From assembly GCA_964390805.1 (NCBI GenBank), contig CAYMKL010000022.1:5128-69127 (forward strand): a stretch of DNA of 64,000 nt, read 5' to 3'. Source of the stretch: an uncultured Anaerolineae bacterium. GTDB taxonomy: Bacteria > Chloroflexota > Anaerolineae > VGOG01. Under the pieces are notes generated by a model. It was not told the DNA's origin. It saw only the letters and a list, made by a program, of their open reading frames with translations, and ran no database searches. Position numbers and translations under genes: made by a program. Positions 35,464 to 45,252 of this stretch are shown here, in pieces; position 1 is the stretch's first letter; every line of letters starts with the position of its first letter.

Positions 35464-38039
35464 CGGTTCTGTTCTGTATCATCCCGGTAGCCCATCTGGG
35501 ATGCCGGTCGGTTTCGCGCGTCTCGAACCGGTCTGCAGCCCGTCCTACGGGCACTGAATCGGTCGACACCACCCAGCGGATAGATCACCCCCAACGCCGC
35601 CAGGTACGCCACGCTCCCTGCCACCAGCACCCGCGAGAAGCCGAAGGAGATAGCCAGCATCGCCGACAGGATGGAGGCCAGCACCGAGGTGCAGCCATTG
35701 ATGCCCCACGCCCAGGGGACAAGGTCAGGGGCCAGGCGGCCGATGATCTCGATGCCCTTGGGGAAAGGCACACCCATCAGGAAACCCAGCGGGGCCAGGC
35801 TCAGGACGGAGACCAAGAGGCGCAGGCCCAGGCTTTGGCCCAACAGCAATCGGAAGACAAAGGGGAGGATGAGGGGATAGAGGATGATGGCCCCGATCAA
35901 GACCGCCAGGGTTCTGGGCAAAGAGAGCCTGGCCGAGACCATGCTGCCCAGCCCTGAGAACAGGAGAATGGCAAAGAGCACGGCGGCGAATGCGTAGATG
36001 GGGTGACCTAAGAAGAGAATGAACTGCTGCATCAGAGGTATCTCGACAAAGAGATAGCCCAGGCCCAGCGCGGCGAAGTAGGCGAAAACGCGCCACCTGT
36101 TTAGCCGCCGGATCTGGCGATCCTGCGGGAGCATTAACCTACGGCGGAATAGCAAGGGTAAAAGAATCAGAACCGCCGAAGCCAACAGGGCCAGGATCAG
36201 GAGAGCTACCAGCACAAAGTAGCCGCTTCCGCCGAAGGGCTGCCAGATCTTGCCAAAGGTCTGAACTATCTCTGGCGTCTGACTCCACTTGAAAAAGTGA
36301 AAGAAGAAGGGGCGGTCATCGCTGGTGGGAGAAACATCGTAGGAGTAGTCGGCGTAGAAACGAACCCTATCGCCGAACAGGAGGTCCTGGAAGGCTCGGT
36401 AGTAGACGGGCTCTGGGTAGATGTTGTAACGGTTGGCCTCAGCCTCCTGGACGCCGGGATAGTACACCAGGTCGAATTGCCGCCCTCGACAGAAGCTCTT
36501 TACTGCCTCGATCTCCCCGGCCGTGAACTCCCCCTTTTTTACCAGCAGCAATAAGGTTGACCAACTGCGGATAGCTACCAGCCGCAGCTCCGGCCGGGGA
36601 AAGCCCGCTTTCTCCAAAGCCGTTACCGCCAGGGCCCCGGCCCGCAGGGTCTCGCTAGGCGGCGTCTGCAGCCAGCGGCTCACCACCAGCAGGCCGCCCT
36701 CGCTCAGGTGGGCCAGATAGTCAGCAAAAGCCTCCACTGTATAGAGGTAGTTCTCCGACAGGCTGTAGGCCCCGGAGGTCACGGGCCGGTAGATGTCGGC
36801 CAACGACACCTGGACGACGTCGAATCTCTCCCCCACGTGGCGCACATAGCTGCGCCCGTTCTCCTCCACCACCGTCACCCTCGGGTCTTGATATGGGCCG
36901 CCAGATCCCCCCCCTTGATCCCCCCCCAGCGGGGGGGGAAAGGCACCTCTGGCGACTTCGATCACCAGCGGATTGCTCTCCACGGCTACCACCGACGAAG
37001 CCCCCTGGTGCAAAGCCGCCAGGACATCGAGGCCGCCTCTAGGCTCAATGATCAGAGCTTTCGCCTGGGGCCGCAGGCGGTAGGGCAAGGAGACAGGCAG
37101 GTAGTCAATGAAGTCCAGCTTTTCGGGCTTGGTTACTTGTGCTGAGCCTGGCCGAAGCATGGGGGAGAGATTGTCACCGTCGGTGAAGAGGCCCAACTGA
37201 AGCGGCAGAGAGCCAGGATAGGCCAGGCTCAGGCCTGGCGCCGACTTTACTCCCTGACTCTCGATTACGTCAACGCGCGAGAAGGCGTTCCAGCGGCTGA
37301 AGACGACCTCGGCTCCGGGATAGAGCAAAGCCTGGCTGAGACCTTTGTAGGGGGAGAGGCGAACCTCTAGAAGAGATGGGGGGCGGATGGTGAGAAAGAG
37401 CAGGGCCAGGGCAATGATACTGGATATTAGAGATTGGGTATTGGATACTGAAGGTTGAGAGAATGCGATTGCCGCCAGTGCTCCTAACAGGGCACTGAGC
37501 ATCACCGTCCCTGCCCCGCCCAGGAGAGGCAGGGCCACTACCGCAGCCAGGCAGCCCAGGGCCGAGCCTGCCAGATTGAAGGCATAGATCTTGCCTGCCA
37601 GCTCAGGCCGCGCCGCCAGCAGGATGCCAATGGCCAGGCCGCTGAAGAAAAAAGGCAGCGTCAAGAGTAGATAGTAGATAGCCAGGAAGAGGATCTGCTC
37701 TCGGTCCCAGGCGATACGATAGGAGTCGAAGGGGATGTAGTTGATGTTCAGATAGCTGACCAGGATGCCAACAGTCAGAAGCAACGAGAGGTTAGCGAGG
37801 AGTCTGGTCAGATTTTTCTTGACCAGATTGGGGAAAAGGGAGAGGAAGGAGCCGCTGGCTCCGAAGCCCAGGAGGGCAATGCTGACGGCCATGAAGGCGA
37901 AGTGATACCATTGGGCCAGCGAGAAAATCCGCGTGAGGGTGATCTCCAGACACAAGCCGGCCATGGAGAGCAAAAAAACGCCCAGGTTGGTCAGGTGGTC
38001 GTTGGTCGGGTGGTCATTCGCGAAGGTTTCCGCCGTCAT
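35448..38039 (-). CDS. Polytopic membrane protein fused to a spermidine/spermine synthase-like methyltransferase-fold domain
   Basis: 863 aa with many TM helices on both sides of a central domain ([16 protein letters not shown]...[15 protein letters not shown]...FDVVQVSL). Its 3' end overlaps the GH42 stop by 16 nt. Confidence 0.75.
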   Translation of the reverse strand: MTAETFANDHPTNDHLTNLGVFLLSMAGLCLEITLTRIFSLAQWYHFAFMAVSIALLGFGASGSFLSLFPNLVKKNLTRLLANLSLLLTVGILVSYLNINYIPFDSYRIAWDREQILFLAIYYLLLTLPFFFSGLAIGILLAARPELAGKIYAFNLAGSALGCLAAVVALPLLGGAGTVMLSALLGALAAIAFSQPSVSNTQSLISSIIALALLFLTIRPPSLLEVRLSPYKGLSQALLYPGAEVVFSRWNAFSRVDVIESQGVKSAPGLSLAYPGSLPLQLGLFTDGDNLSPMLRPGSAQVTKPEKLDFIDYLPVSLPYRLRPQAKALIIEPRGGLDVLAALHQGASSVVAVESNPLVIEVARGAFPPPLGGDQGGGSGGPYQDPRVTVVEENGRSYVRHVGERFDVVQVSLADIYRPVTSGAYSLSENYLYTVEAFADYLAHLSEGGLLVVSRWLQTPPSETLRAGALAVTALEKAGFPRPELRLVAIRSWSTLLLLVKKGEFTAGEIEAVKSFCRGRQFDLVYYPGVQEAEANRYNIYPEPVYYRAFQDLLFGDRVRFYADYSYDVSPTSDDRPFFFHFFKWSQTPEIVQTFGKIWQPFGGSGYFVLVALLILALLASAVLILLPLLFRRRLMLPQDRQIRRLNRWRVFAYFAALGLGYLFVEIPLMQQFILFLGHPIYAFAAVLFAILLFSGLGSMVSARLSLPRTLAVLIGAIILYPLILPFVFRLLLGQSLGLRLLVSVLSLAPLGFLMGVPFPKGIEIIGRLAPDLVPWAWGINGCTSVLASILSAMLAISFGFSRVLVAGSVAYLAALGVIYPLGGVDRFSARRTGCRPVRDARNRPASQMGYRDDTEQNRYFWR
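35573..35646. repeat. Right-hand copy of the ~74-nt direct repeat bracketing the sugar locus
   Basis: See 24517-24690. It has the same orientation and about 84% identity by manual alignment with one 1-nt indel. Confidence 0.6.
36907..36938. repeat. Triple homopolymer cluster C8-TTGAT-C8-AGC-G8 inside the coding sequence
   Basis: cccccccc ttgat cccccccc agc gggggggg. It encodes [15 protein letters not shown] on the minus strand. Confidence 0.9.
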
Positions 38040-38974
38040 TGGTCAACTGCCACTCGAAATTGGGGATCTGAGGTCAGCATCCGTTTTAGGCCTTCATCCA
38101 GGTCAACTTTCGGACTGTAACCCAGCTTCTGCCGGGCCAGGCTGATGTCGGCTACCAGACGGGAGACGCCGCCGTCATTGGCCTGGCTGCAAAGAGGGTT
38201 GACTTCGTGGCCGATGGCCCGAGCTATCTTCGCCACCAACTGGTTGATGCTCACCTCCTGACCGCTACCCACGTTGATAATGCGGCGGTCCACATCGGAG
38301 GCCGTGCCTGCTGCGAACAGGGCGTCCACCAAGTCGTCAATGTAGACGAAATCTCTGGTCTGATTCCCGCCGCCGAAGACGACCAGCGAGCCACCTCCCA
38401 GGGCTTGTTTGAGAAACTGGGGAATGACCGGGGCGTGGGAGGCAGGCACGAACTGCCCTGGCCCATAAGCGTTGAATACCCTGAGCGCAACCGTCTCTAT
38501 GCCGCAGAGGGCGCCGATGGTGGAGACGTAGTACTCCGAGGCGATCTTGCTCACCGCATAGGGTGAGTCAGGATTGGGAATGGTCTTCTCGCTGACGGGT
38601 TGCTTGTGTTGCTCGCCGTAAACCGCCCCCGAGGAGGCCAAGACTACCCTTTTCACCCCCGCGTCCCGCACGGCCTCCATAACGGCCACCGTACCGCCTA
38701 CATTCACGTCGTTATAGTCGCGGGGATACAGAACGGACTCCGGAACGGACACCCGTGCCGCCAGGTGGTACACACACTCTACATGCTGTAGCAGCGTCCA
38801 GAGCTTGGGGACATCTCTCACGTCTCCGCGAGTGAAGAGCACCTGGGAATCGAGGCGCGAAGGATCGCCGGCGCTGAGGTCGTCCAAGACCCGCACCTGA
38901 TGCCCCTCCCTAACCAGACGATTTGCCAGGGCGGCGCCGATGAAACCAGCCCCGCCAGTGATGAGGCATCGCAC
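38036..38974 (-). CDS. NAD-dependent epimerase/dehydratase (GalE-like SDR)
   Basis: 312 aa containing TGGAGFIG and YAVSK. Its stop overlaps the downstream gene's start (ATGA). Confidence 0.9.
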   Translation of the reverse strand: MRCLITGGAGFIGAALANRLVREGHQVRVLDDLSAGDPSRLDSQVLFTRGDVRDVPKLWTLLQHVECVYHLAARVSVPESVLYPRDYNDVNVGGTVAVMEAVRDAGVKRVVLASSGAVYGEQHKQPVSEKTIPNPDSPYAVSKIASEYYVSTIGALCGIETVALRVFNAYGPGQFVPASHAPVIPQFLKQALGGGSLVVFGGGNQTRDFVYIDDLVDALFAAGTASDVDRRIINVGSGQEVSINQLVAKIARAIGHEVNPLCSQANDGGVSRLVADISLARQKLGYSPKVDLDEGLKRMLTSDPQFRVAVDQ

Positions 38975-39053
38975 TTTTCAACCTTCCATGGGCCATTTGG
39001 AACAAGGTCCCAGCTACTCCCGCCAGATCGTTTTGAACTTTGAGCTTTGAACT

Positions 39054-40400
39054 TCAAAATTCTGTCGCCCCGGTGAACTCGAATTCGGCCAGCTTCAGGG
39101 CCGGGGTGCGAGTGCCGCCGAACCAGTTCTGTTGCAACCTGGTCTCGCGGCTTACTGCCTCCACGTTGGCCAGCGCCTCCAGGTAGCTCTGGGTGAAGCG
39201 GAGGTTTTTGATGGGATAGGCGATCTCGCCCTTCTCGACAAGAAAAGTCCCATCGCGGGTCATGCCGGTGATAATGACCAGCTTGGGATGGACGGGGCGA
39301 GTGTAGTGGAAGCGAGTCACCCAGAGGCCCCGCTCCATCGAGGCCAGCATCTCCTCTTTGCTCGCCTCACCGGGCGCCATGAAGGTATGGGCGGGAATGG
39401 GGCCTGAGGTGTTGGGAGCAGGCAGTCCGTGCCCGGTGGAAGCCTTCCCCTCTTTGCCGGCAGTGTAGGAGTCGTACACCACAGCCTCAGCCACGCCTTC
39501 TTTGATCAGATCAACTCGCTGCCTCGGCGCGCCCTCGAAATCGAAAGGCATGGGCAGGCCCGTGGGATCAAGGCCGTCATCCCAAATGGAAATGGCATCG
39601 CTCATGATCTTTTTCCCGAAATTGCCTATCATGAAGCTGCGCCCCTCCTGCACGGACAAAGCGCCGAAGCCCAGGTAGGAAAACATGCTCATGAAGTCAG
39701 CTACGGCGTACTCCTCCAATACAACCGGGTAACGGCCCGGCGGCAGGTCCCTGGGGTTGCGACTGCGGAGAGCCTTCTCCACCGCCTCGCGGCCGATCAC
39801 CTCGGTGTTGATGTCCCCCACTTTCCAGGCTGTGACCTCAGCGTAGCCAGAGCTATCGTCGCTCATGATGACAGTGTTGATGTCGGCCGAGGTAGTGGCA
39901 TGATAAGCGAAGGCGCCGGCTGACGCCAAGGAGTTGGCCACCGCCAATTCGCCAGCCCCAGTGGTGAAGGCCCCCGAAGCGATCAGTCCATTGTCTACAG
40001 CCTGTTGGCAGATCACCCCCACGGCCCTGGCCCGAGCCTCGGGGCTGAAGGCGGCCGTGGCCTCGTCGAAGGCCTCGATTTGTGCAATGGGCACCGGGCT
40101 GGGCAGCGACATGAAGTCGGGGTTCTCAGGCTGGAACTCGGCTATGGTCAAGGCCCTCTCCACCACCCTTTCCAGAGCCTCCTGGCTCAAGTCGTTAATG
40201 GAAGCTACCCCGATCTTCTTGCCCACCACGGTCCGCACCCTGATCCCCACGTTTCGCTCGGCCACATTCTGATGGATATAGGAATTTGCAAAGCGCGTCA
40301 GCCCGCTGTCCTCGCTCATGATAATCACTTCCGTCTGGTCGGCAGTGGACAGAGACAGGACTCGCTTGGCAATCTCGTGCATCTTCTTTCTACCTAGCAT
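39054..40400 (-). CDS. pmbA: TldE/PmbA-family metalloprotease subunit
   Basis: 448-aa ORF with family-typical N- and C-terminal blocks (..GLWVTRFHYT..). It lies downstream of tldD. Confidence 0.85.
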   Translation of the reverse strand: MLGRKKMHEIAKRVLSLSTADQTEVIIMSEDSGLTRFANSYIHQNVAERNVGIRVRTVVGKKIGVASINDLSQEALERVVERALTIAEFQPENPDFMSLPSPVPIAQIEAFDEATAAFSPEARARAVGVICQQAVDNGLIASGAFTTGAGELAVANSLASAGAFAYHATTSADINTVIMSDDSSGYAEVTAWKVGDINTEVIGREAVEKALRSRNPRDLPPGRYPVVLEEYAVADFMSMFSYLGFGALSVQEGRSFMIGNFGKKIMSDAISIWDDGLDPTGLPMPFDFEGAPRQRVDLIKEGVAEAVVYDSYTAGKEGKASTGHGLPAPNTSGPIPAHTFMAPGEASKEEMLASMERGLWVTRFHYTRPVHPKLVIITGMTRDGTFLVEKGEIAYPIKNLRFTQSYLEALANVEAVSRETRLQQNWFGGTRTPALKLAEFEFTGATEF

Positions 40401-40457
40401 TGTTGCTCCTTTCGTTGGAGGTTAGAGGTTGGAGGTCAGAGCTTTGAGCTTTGGCTT

Positions 40458-41900
40458 TCACCTCATCACCCCCACCTGCACGTTGCGGAAGCGGGCGGGA
40501 GCTGTGCCGTGACCCACGTGCGCCGACTGTGAGGGCTGGCCCTTGCCACAGTTGGGCGTGCCCCACACGTTCCAGTGCTTCTGGTTGCAGATGGCATCAC
40601 AGCCTGCCCAGAACTGGGGGGTGATGCCAGTATAGGTGGCGTTCTTGTACAGTTGCCCCAACTTGCCATTCTTGATCTGGTAGGCTATCTCGGTGCCGAA
40701 TTGGAAGTTGAGGCGCTTGTCGTCAATGCTCCAGCTCTTGTTCATCTCCATGTAGATGCCGTCATCGGTGTCGGCAATGAGATCATCGAAGTCCCATTCC
40801 CCCGGCTCCAGATTGATGTTGGTCATGCGGATTATGGGGATGCGGTTCCAGCCATCGGCGCGCATGCAGCCATTGCTTTCCTGGCCGAGCATCGCCGCTG
40901 TCTCTCGCGAGGTGAGGTAGCCGACGAACATGCCTTCCTTGACGATGGGCACCCGTTGGGCTGGCACCCCCTCATCGTCATAAGCATAGGTGCCCAAGCC
41001 GCCTGGGATAGTGGCATCGGCGGTGATGTTGACGATTTCCGAGCCATAGCGGAACGTTCCCAACTTCTCGGTCGTCAAGAAGCTGGTGCCGGCAAAGCTG
41101 GCTTCGGTGCCGAAGACCCGATCCAACTCAATGGGATGGCCACAGGACTCGTGCACCTGCAGAGCCAACTGGGTAGCCCCCATGATGATGGTGGTCACCA
41201 AGCTCGGGCACTGGGGAGCCGTGAGCAGCGCCACCGCCTCTTCGCCCACTCGCTGAGCGTTGCCAACGAGATCCATCTTCTCGACTAGCTCATAGCCGGC
41301 CGTCCCCTGGTGGCGACCGAAGGAGTTGGGATAGCTTCTCTTCTGAACATCGCCCTCGCCGACGGCTGTGGCCTCCAGGCCGCCCCCGCTCTCGATGATC
41401 TCCTGCTCAATGAAAGAGCCTTCGGAACTGGCGAATGCCTTGCGCTCGCGCACGAACTGGAGGTTGGACTGAGCCACCGCTACCCCATTGGCCAGCCTCA
41501 TCCCAGCATCGGCAGCCATGAGCAGCTCGATTTTCTTTTCCATCGTCACCTGAAAGGGGTCAATCTTAACTGGCGTGCGGTAAGTGTCCGAATAGACGAT
41601 GGGTGAGCCAATGTCTACCTCTTGGGTTCTGACCAGGGCGCTGGCCCTGGCTATCTCAACAGCAAGGGCAGTGACCCGGTCAATCTCCTCCAACGAAAGA
41701 AGGGAACTGGAGGCAAAGCCCCAGGATCCGTTGAGAATGACCCGCACACCGAAGCCCTGATCCTCGTCCTGGGAGAGGGCTTCCACCTTCCCGTTCTTGA
41801 CCACGACGCCTTGATTTTCCCGGCGCACGATCCGAATGTCGGCGTAAGCAGCGCCTTTGATCTCGGCCACGTTCAAAGCTCGATCAGTGAGTTCTCGCAA
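40458..41900 (-). CDS. tldD: TldD metalloprotease
   Basis: 480 aa containing YADIRIV...GFGVRV, the HExxxH-type site HESCGH and C-terminal GMCGKGQ-like PNCGKGQP. Confidence 0.9.
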   Translation of the reverse strand: MRELTDRALNVAEIKGAAYADIRIVRRENQGVVVKNGKVEALSQDEDQGFGVRVILNGSWGFASSSLLSLEEIDRVTALAVEIARASALVRTQEVDIGSPIVYSDTYRTPVKIDPFQVTMEKKIELLMAADAGMRLANGVAVAQSNLQFVRERKAFASSEGSFIEQEIIESGGGLEATAVGEGDVQKRSYPNSFGRHQGTAGYELVEKMDLVGNAQRVGEEAVALLTAPQCPSLVTTIIMGATQLALQVHESCGHPIELDRVFGTEASFAGTSFLTTEKLGTFRYGSEIVNITADATIPGGLGTYAYDDEGVPAQRVPIVKEGMFVGYLTSRETAAMLGQESNGCMRADGWNRIPIIRMTNINLEPGEWDFDDLIADTDDGIYMEMNKSWSIDDKRLNFQFGTEIAYQIKNGKLGQLYKNATYTGITPQFWAGCDAICNQKHWNVWGTPNCGKGQPSQSAHVGHGTAPARFRNVQVGVMR

Positions 41901-41939
41901 TGCAGTCCTCCTTATGATTGGATTGAAAGAATGTTGTTC

Positions 41940-41968
41940 TTGACCGGATTCAAAAACAGTAGTAAAAT
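41940..41968 (+). promoter_or_regulatory. Promoter-like TTGACC-17-TAAAAT upstream of the FmdB-type gene
   Basis: ttgacc ggattcaaaaacagtag taaaat. Confidence 0.5.
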
Positions 41969-42002
41969 ACCCTTGAAAGCGATTCTGAGAAGGTGAGTAG
42001 CC

Positions 42003-42242
42003 ATGCCCCTTTATGAATACTATTGCTCCGATTGTGAGATCAAGTTTGAGGCCCTGCGAGGGATGAGCCAGGCTGACAGCCCTATCGCCTGTGTGCGCTG
42101 CGAGGGAATGAATACCTCCCGCGCTATCTCCTTATTCGCCGCCCTCAGCAAGGGAGGCGGCGGTGAGAGCCGGTCACTTGGCGGCGCCAGTGGTTGTGCC
42201 AGTTGTAGCGCCACCAGTTGCGCAACCTGTGGCGGGGGTTGA
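42003..42242 (+). CDS. FmdB-family zinc-ribbon protein with Gly/Ser/Cys-rich tail
   Basis: MPLYEYYCSDCEIKFE...CVRCEG (CxxC...CxxC). The tail is GGASGCASCSATSCATCGGG. Confidence 0.8.
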   Translation: MPLYEYYCSDCEIKFEALRGMSQADSPIACVRCEGMNTSRAISLFAALSKGGGGESRSLGGASGCASCSATSCATCGGG

Positions 42243-42326
42243 GCTTGACCCGACCTCTAGCCAAGGTCAGGCGGCCGCCGAGGACTCCGGTGGCCGCTAT
42301 TTCGACAGGCTCAACACAGGCTTTGT

Positions 42327-43001
42327 TTATTCTACTGGGGAAGCATATACGAATTCGATAGTCCCTTTGTACACAGGTAAGACCATTCTCTCGCGCTTGA
42401 TCACGCTCACGGCCAGTCCCTCGTAGTTGCGCTCCAGAGCAGCCATAAGCCCCCCGCTCCTGAGCAAGGCTGCCTCCATGGTCTCGGATTGACCAATAGC
42501 CTGCAGAACATAGGGACGCGAAAGTTGCGTCCCATTGATGGTTATCACCCCGTCTTCAGTGCTGGTAATCACTGAGTATAGGATCAGCCGCTCCCCGTTG
42601 ATGGCCAAAGCCTCCGCCCCGGCATTGCGCAGCTCGTTGATCAAGTCCTGCAAATCCAGAACGCCGATAGGCCCGTCGAGACTCGCTTCGACACCCGCCC
42701 CTGAGACCTCTGCCAGTCCATTGATGACCCTGACCTTGTTCAGTTCCTCCACTAAAGACTCCAGCACAGTCCGTCTGGTAGCCTGTTGATATTCGCTGAG
42801 TTGTTCCTCCAAAACCTCCATCTCTTCACGCAGGCGGGCATTGTTCTCCACCAGGCTGCTGATGATAACCAACTGATCGGCACTCGAAGTGAGTAGAATG
42901 GAATCATCGGTCATCTGCTGAGTGCGAAATTGGGCCACAAGTAACAGGCCCAAAATGAAACAGAGTATGGTCAACAACAACTGTGCGGAACGACTCTTCA
43001 T
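42327..43001 (-). CDS. DUF881-domain membrane-anchored protein
   Basis: 224 aa with an N-terminal TM, a coiled coil and then the DUF881-like block (AINGERL...ITINGTQLSRPY.IQAIG). Confidence 0.8.
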   Translation of the reverse strand: MKSRSAQLLLTILCFILGLLLVAQFRTQQMTDDSILLTSSADQLVIISSLVENNARLREEMEVLEEQLSEYQQATRRTVLESLVEELNKVRVINGLAEVSGAGVEASLDGPIGVLDLQDLINELRNAGAEALAINGERLILYSVITSTEDGVITINGTQLSRPYVLQAIGQSETMEAALLRSGGLMAALERNYEGLAVSVIKRERMVLPVYKGTIEFVYASPVE

Positions 43002-43037
43002 AGCCCAGGTTGTCTCGTCACTTACCCCTCGATCTCC

Positions 43038-43766
43038 CTATTGGGCATAACGAGTAGGAAAGCCCCCCTTGTAAGCAGGTAGAGTGAGCATGTCCTTTCT
43101 ATTTACCTCAAACTGCACACCGTAGAGCTCGGCTCTCTGCTTGACTTCCTTTAGATATGCGGGATTGATCAAAACATCTTCCTGCACGATAGGATTGCCG
43201 ACAGCCTGGATAAGATATGGGGGAGAAAGACGGGTGTCGTTGACCATGACCGTGCTGCCCACGCAATAGATGGAAGTAGCGGCTACAATCCGCTCATCGT
43301 TGACACTGATAGCCTCAGAGCCGGCCAGCCACAGGAGGTTAATCACATCGCGCAGGTCGTACTCGTGGATGAGGTAGGCGCTGGAGTCCGCTGTCGCCGA
43401 CGCCGACCGGAGGCTGCTATCATCGAGGATCACCTGGATGCCAGACCCTTCGACAGCCAACAGCCCGGCCATCATTTTCTGCCGCTCCAGCTCGGCGTTT
43501 ATCTCTTTCAACATCTCCGTGTTAGCCGCCAACTCTCGGCGATGTCCGTCCAATTGTTCTCGTATCCGCCCGATGCTTTCCTTAAGCTCTTCCTGTTCTG
43601 CCTCCAGTTGCTTGATAGTCGGGGCCCCTGACTCGTGCTCAATACCGGGCACTGTCGAAGGCCTCGCTGGGGGCGATCTCCATTGCAAGCCCAGTAAAGC
43701 ACCGAAGATCAGAGCAACGATCAAGATAGGAATGTAGTAACGGACACTTTCAAGCTCGAATTTCAT
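43038..43766 (-). CDS. DUF881-domain membrane-anchored protein (paralogue)
   Basis: 242 aa with the same architecture (SVNDERIVA...VMVNDTRLSPPYLIQAVG). Confidence 0.8.
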   Translation of the reverse strand: MKFELESVRYYIPILIVALIFGALLGLQWRSPPARPSTVPGIEHESGAPTIKQLEAEQEELKESIGRIREQLDGHRRELAANTEMLKEINAELERQKMMAGLLAVEGSGIQVILDDSSLRSASATADSSAYLIHEYDLRDVINLLWLAGSEAISVNDERIVAATSIYCVGSTVMVNDTRLSPPYLIQAVGNPIVQEDVLINPAYLKEVKQRAELYGVQFEVNRKDMLTLPAYKGGFPTRYAQ

Positions 43767-43781
43767 GGATAGGTTTTGTTA

Positions 43782-44309
43782 TCACTGCGGCATGTTTATG
43801 TAGAGATCATAGCCCTTCTCGTTATTTGCCATGCCGACTTCTCCAAGTACCGGCAACACCCATACCCTTAAGTCATAGGACTGTCGGTAAGGAATGCGGG
43901 AGATGCCTCTGAAACGAGCTATTCTTATCTGGCCGGGAGCGATGGTGTCTATCTGGCAAGTCTTTTCCAGGATCAGAGCGTCGTCTTCGCCAACAGATAG
44001 CCGAGCCTTCACTTTGACGTCGAATTCGGTCTGAAGGCCGATATTCTCCACCGCTACCAACAAAGTTGCCTGCTCGCCTTTGACCATGATCTGCTCATAT
44101 CCCAGTGGGGGATCAAAATCAATGGCCAACACAGCCAAATCGTGCTCATCCACGGGAGTTCTAGCTTCACTGAGGGAAAGTGCATCGAGGGAAACAGGGG
44201 CCCGGTCAACGATCTTAACTTCAGCGCAACCGGCTAGTGAGAGGGAGGTCAGCAGTATCACCATCACCATGACAAACCAGATGCATCGCATCTCACCTCT
44301 TCGTGACAT
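43782..44309 (-). CDS. Small lipoprotein, CARDB-like beta-sandwich suspected
   Basis: Lipobox LSLAGC, followed by a pattern VAVENIGLQTEFDVKV. The start may be the second Met (44291). Confidence 0.55.
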   Translation of the reverse strand: MSRRGEMRCIWFVMVMVILLTSLSLAGCAEVKIVDRAPVSLDALSLSEARTPVDEHDLAVLAIDFDPPLGYEQIMVKGEQATLLVAVENIGLQTEFDVKVKARLSVGEDDALILEKTCQIDTIAPGQIRIARFRGISRIPYRQSYDLRVWVLPVLGEVGMANNEKGYDLYINMPQ

Positions 44310-44402
44310 TTAGTGCCTCCTTTTGTGATAGCTCTTGGCAGGCTTGCCTAAGGCGCAATGGCACCACCCTTCGTCAGGCTCAGGATGCTACCTGCCAGGG
44401 TA

Positions 44403-44431
44403 ATCTTAAACCAGATAGGCTCTTTTGTCAA
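44403..44431 (-). promoter_or_regulatory. Promoter-like TTGACA-17-TAAGAT for the lipoprotein/DUF881 operon
   Basis: The minus strand reads TTGACA aaagagcctatctggtt TAAGAT. Confidence 0.4.
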
Positions 44432-44518
44432 GTTTGCACTCAAACCTCCAAGGCCAGTTTGCCTTCTGATTAGAGATGTATTATAATTTGGAAGCAATGT
44501 GAATGTGATGAGAGAGGG

Positions 44519-45214
44519 GTGAACGATTTGCTCGAGGAATTGCCTGAGATACAGGACAACCAGAAAACAGTTGATGACCAGGCTCATCTCTACCCATCGG
44601 TTAGCGACATACAGATGCAGCAAACCGAGACGTGGGACGGTCAGGAAACAGTTGACGATCAGGATACAGAAGATCAACGACAGGGGGGAAAGTCCATCCT
44701 GCGCGAGATGATGGAGACAGCGCTCCTGATCATATTGGTCTTTGTTGTAACCCGCGTTCTAATCCAGAACTTCCGCATTGAAGGAATCAGCATGGAGCCC
44801 AATCTCCACGATGGGCAATATCTGATCATAAGCAAGCTTGCATACTATCTTCATCCTCCTGAGCGCGGAGATGTAGTGGTCTTCCACTTCCCCAGGAATC
44901 CCAGCCGGGATTTCATCAAACGAGTCATTGGACTACCAGGAGAGAAGGTGGAGATCAGGGGGGAAAGCGTCTTTGTCAACGGCGAAGAACTGGAAGAACC
45001 GTATGCGCTTCACACGGGCAGGTACGCTTGGGGGCCTCAGATCCTGGCAGAAAACGAGTACTTCGTCCTGGGTGACAATCGCGATAGCTCCAGCGACTCT
45101 CATAATTGGGGACCTCTGTCTAGAGATGCCATTCTGGGCAAGGCTTGGATATCCTATTGGCCCCCCAAGTATCTGGGAACTGTGCCCAACTATTCCTACG
45201 CTGCCACGGAATGA
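44519..45214 (+). CDS. lepB: Signal peptidase I
   Basis: GISMEPNL (catalytic Ser), RGDVVVF, KRVIGLPGE and GDNRDSSSDS. Confidence 0.9.
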   Translation: MNDLLEELPEIQDNQKTVDDQAHLYPSVSDIQMQQTETWDGQETVDDQDTEDQRQGGKSILREMMETALLIILVFVVTRVLIQNFRIEGISMEPNLHDGQYLIISKLAYYLHPPERGDVVVFHFPRNPSRDFIKRVIGLPGEKVEIRGESVFVNGEELEEPYALHTGRYAWGPQILAENEYFVLGDNRDSSSDSHNWGPLSRDAILGKAWISYWPPKYLGTVPNYSYAATE

Positions 45215-45252
45215 GATGGCAAGCCAAATCCGGTACATGGAGTCAGGCATAG

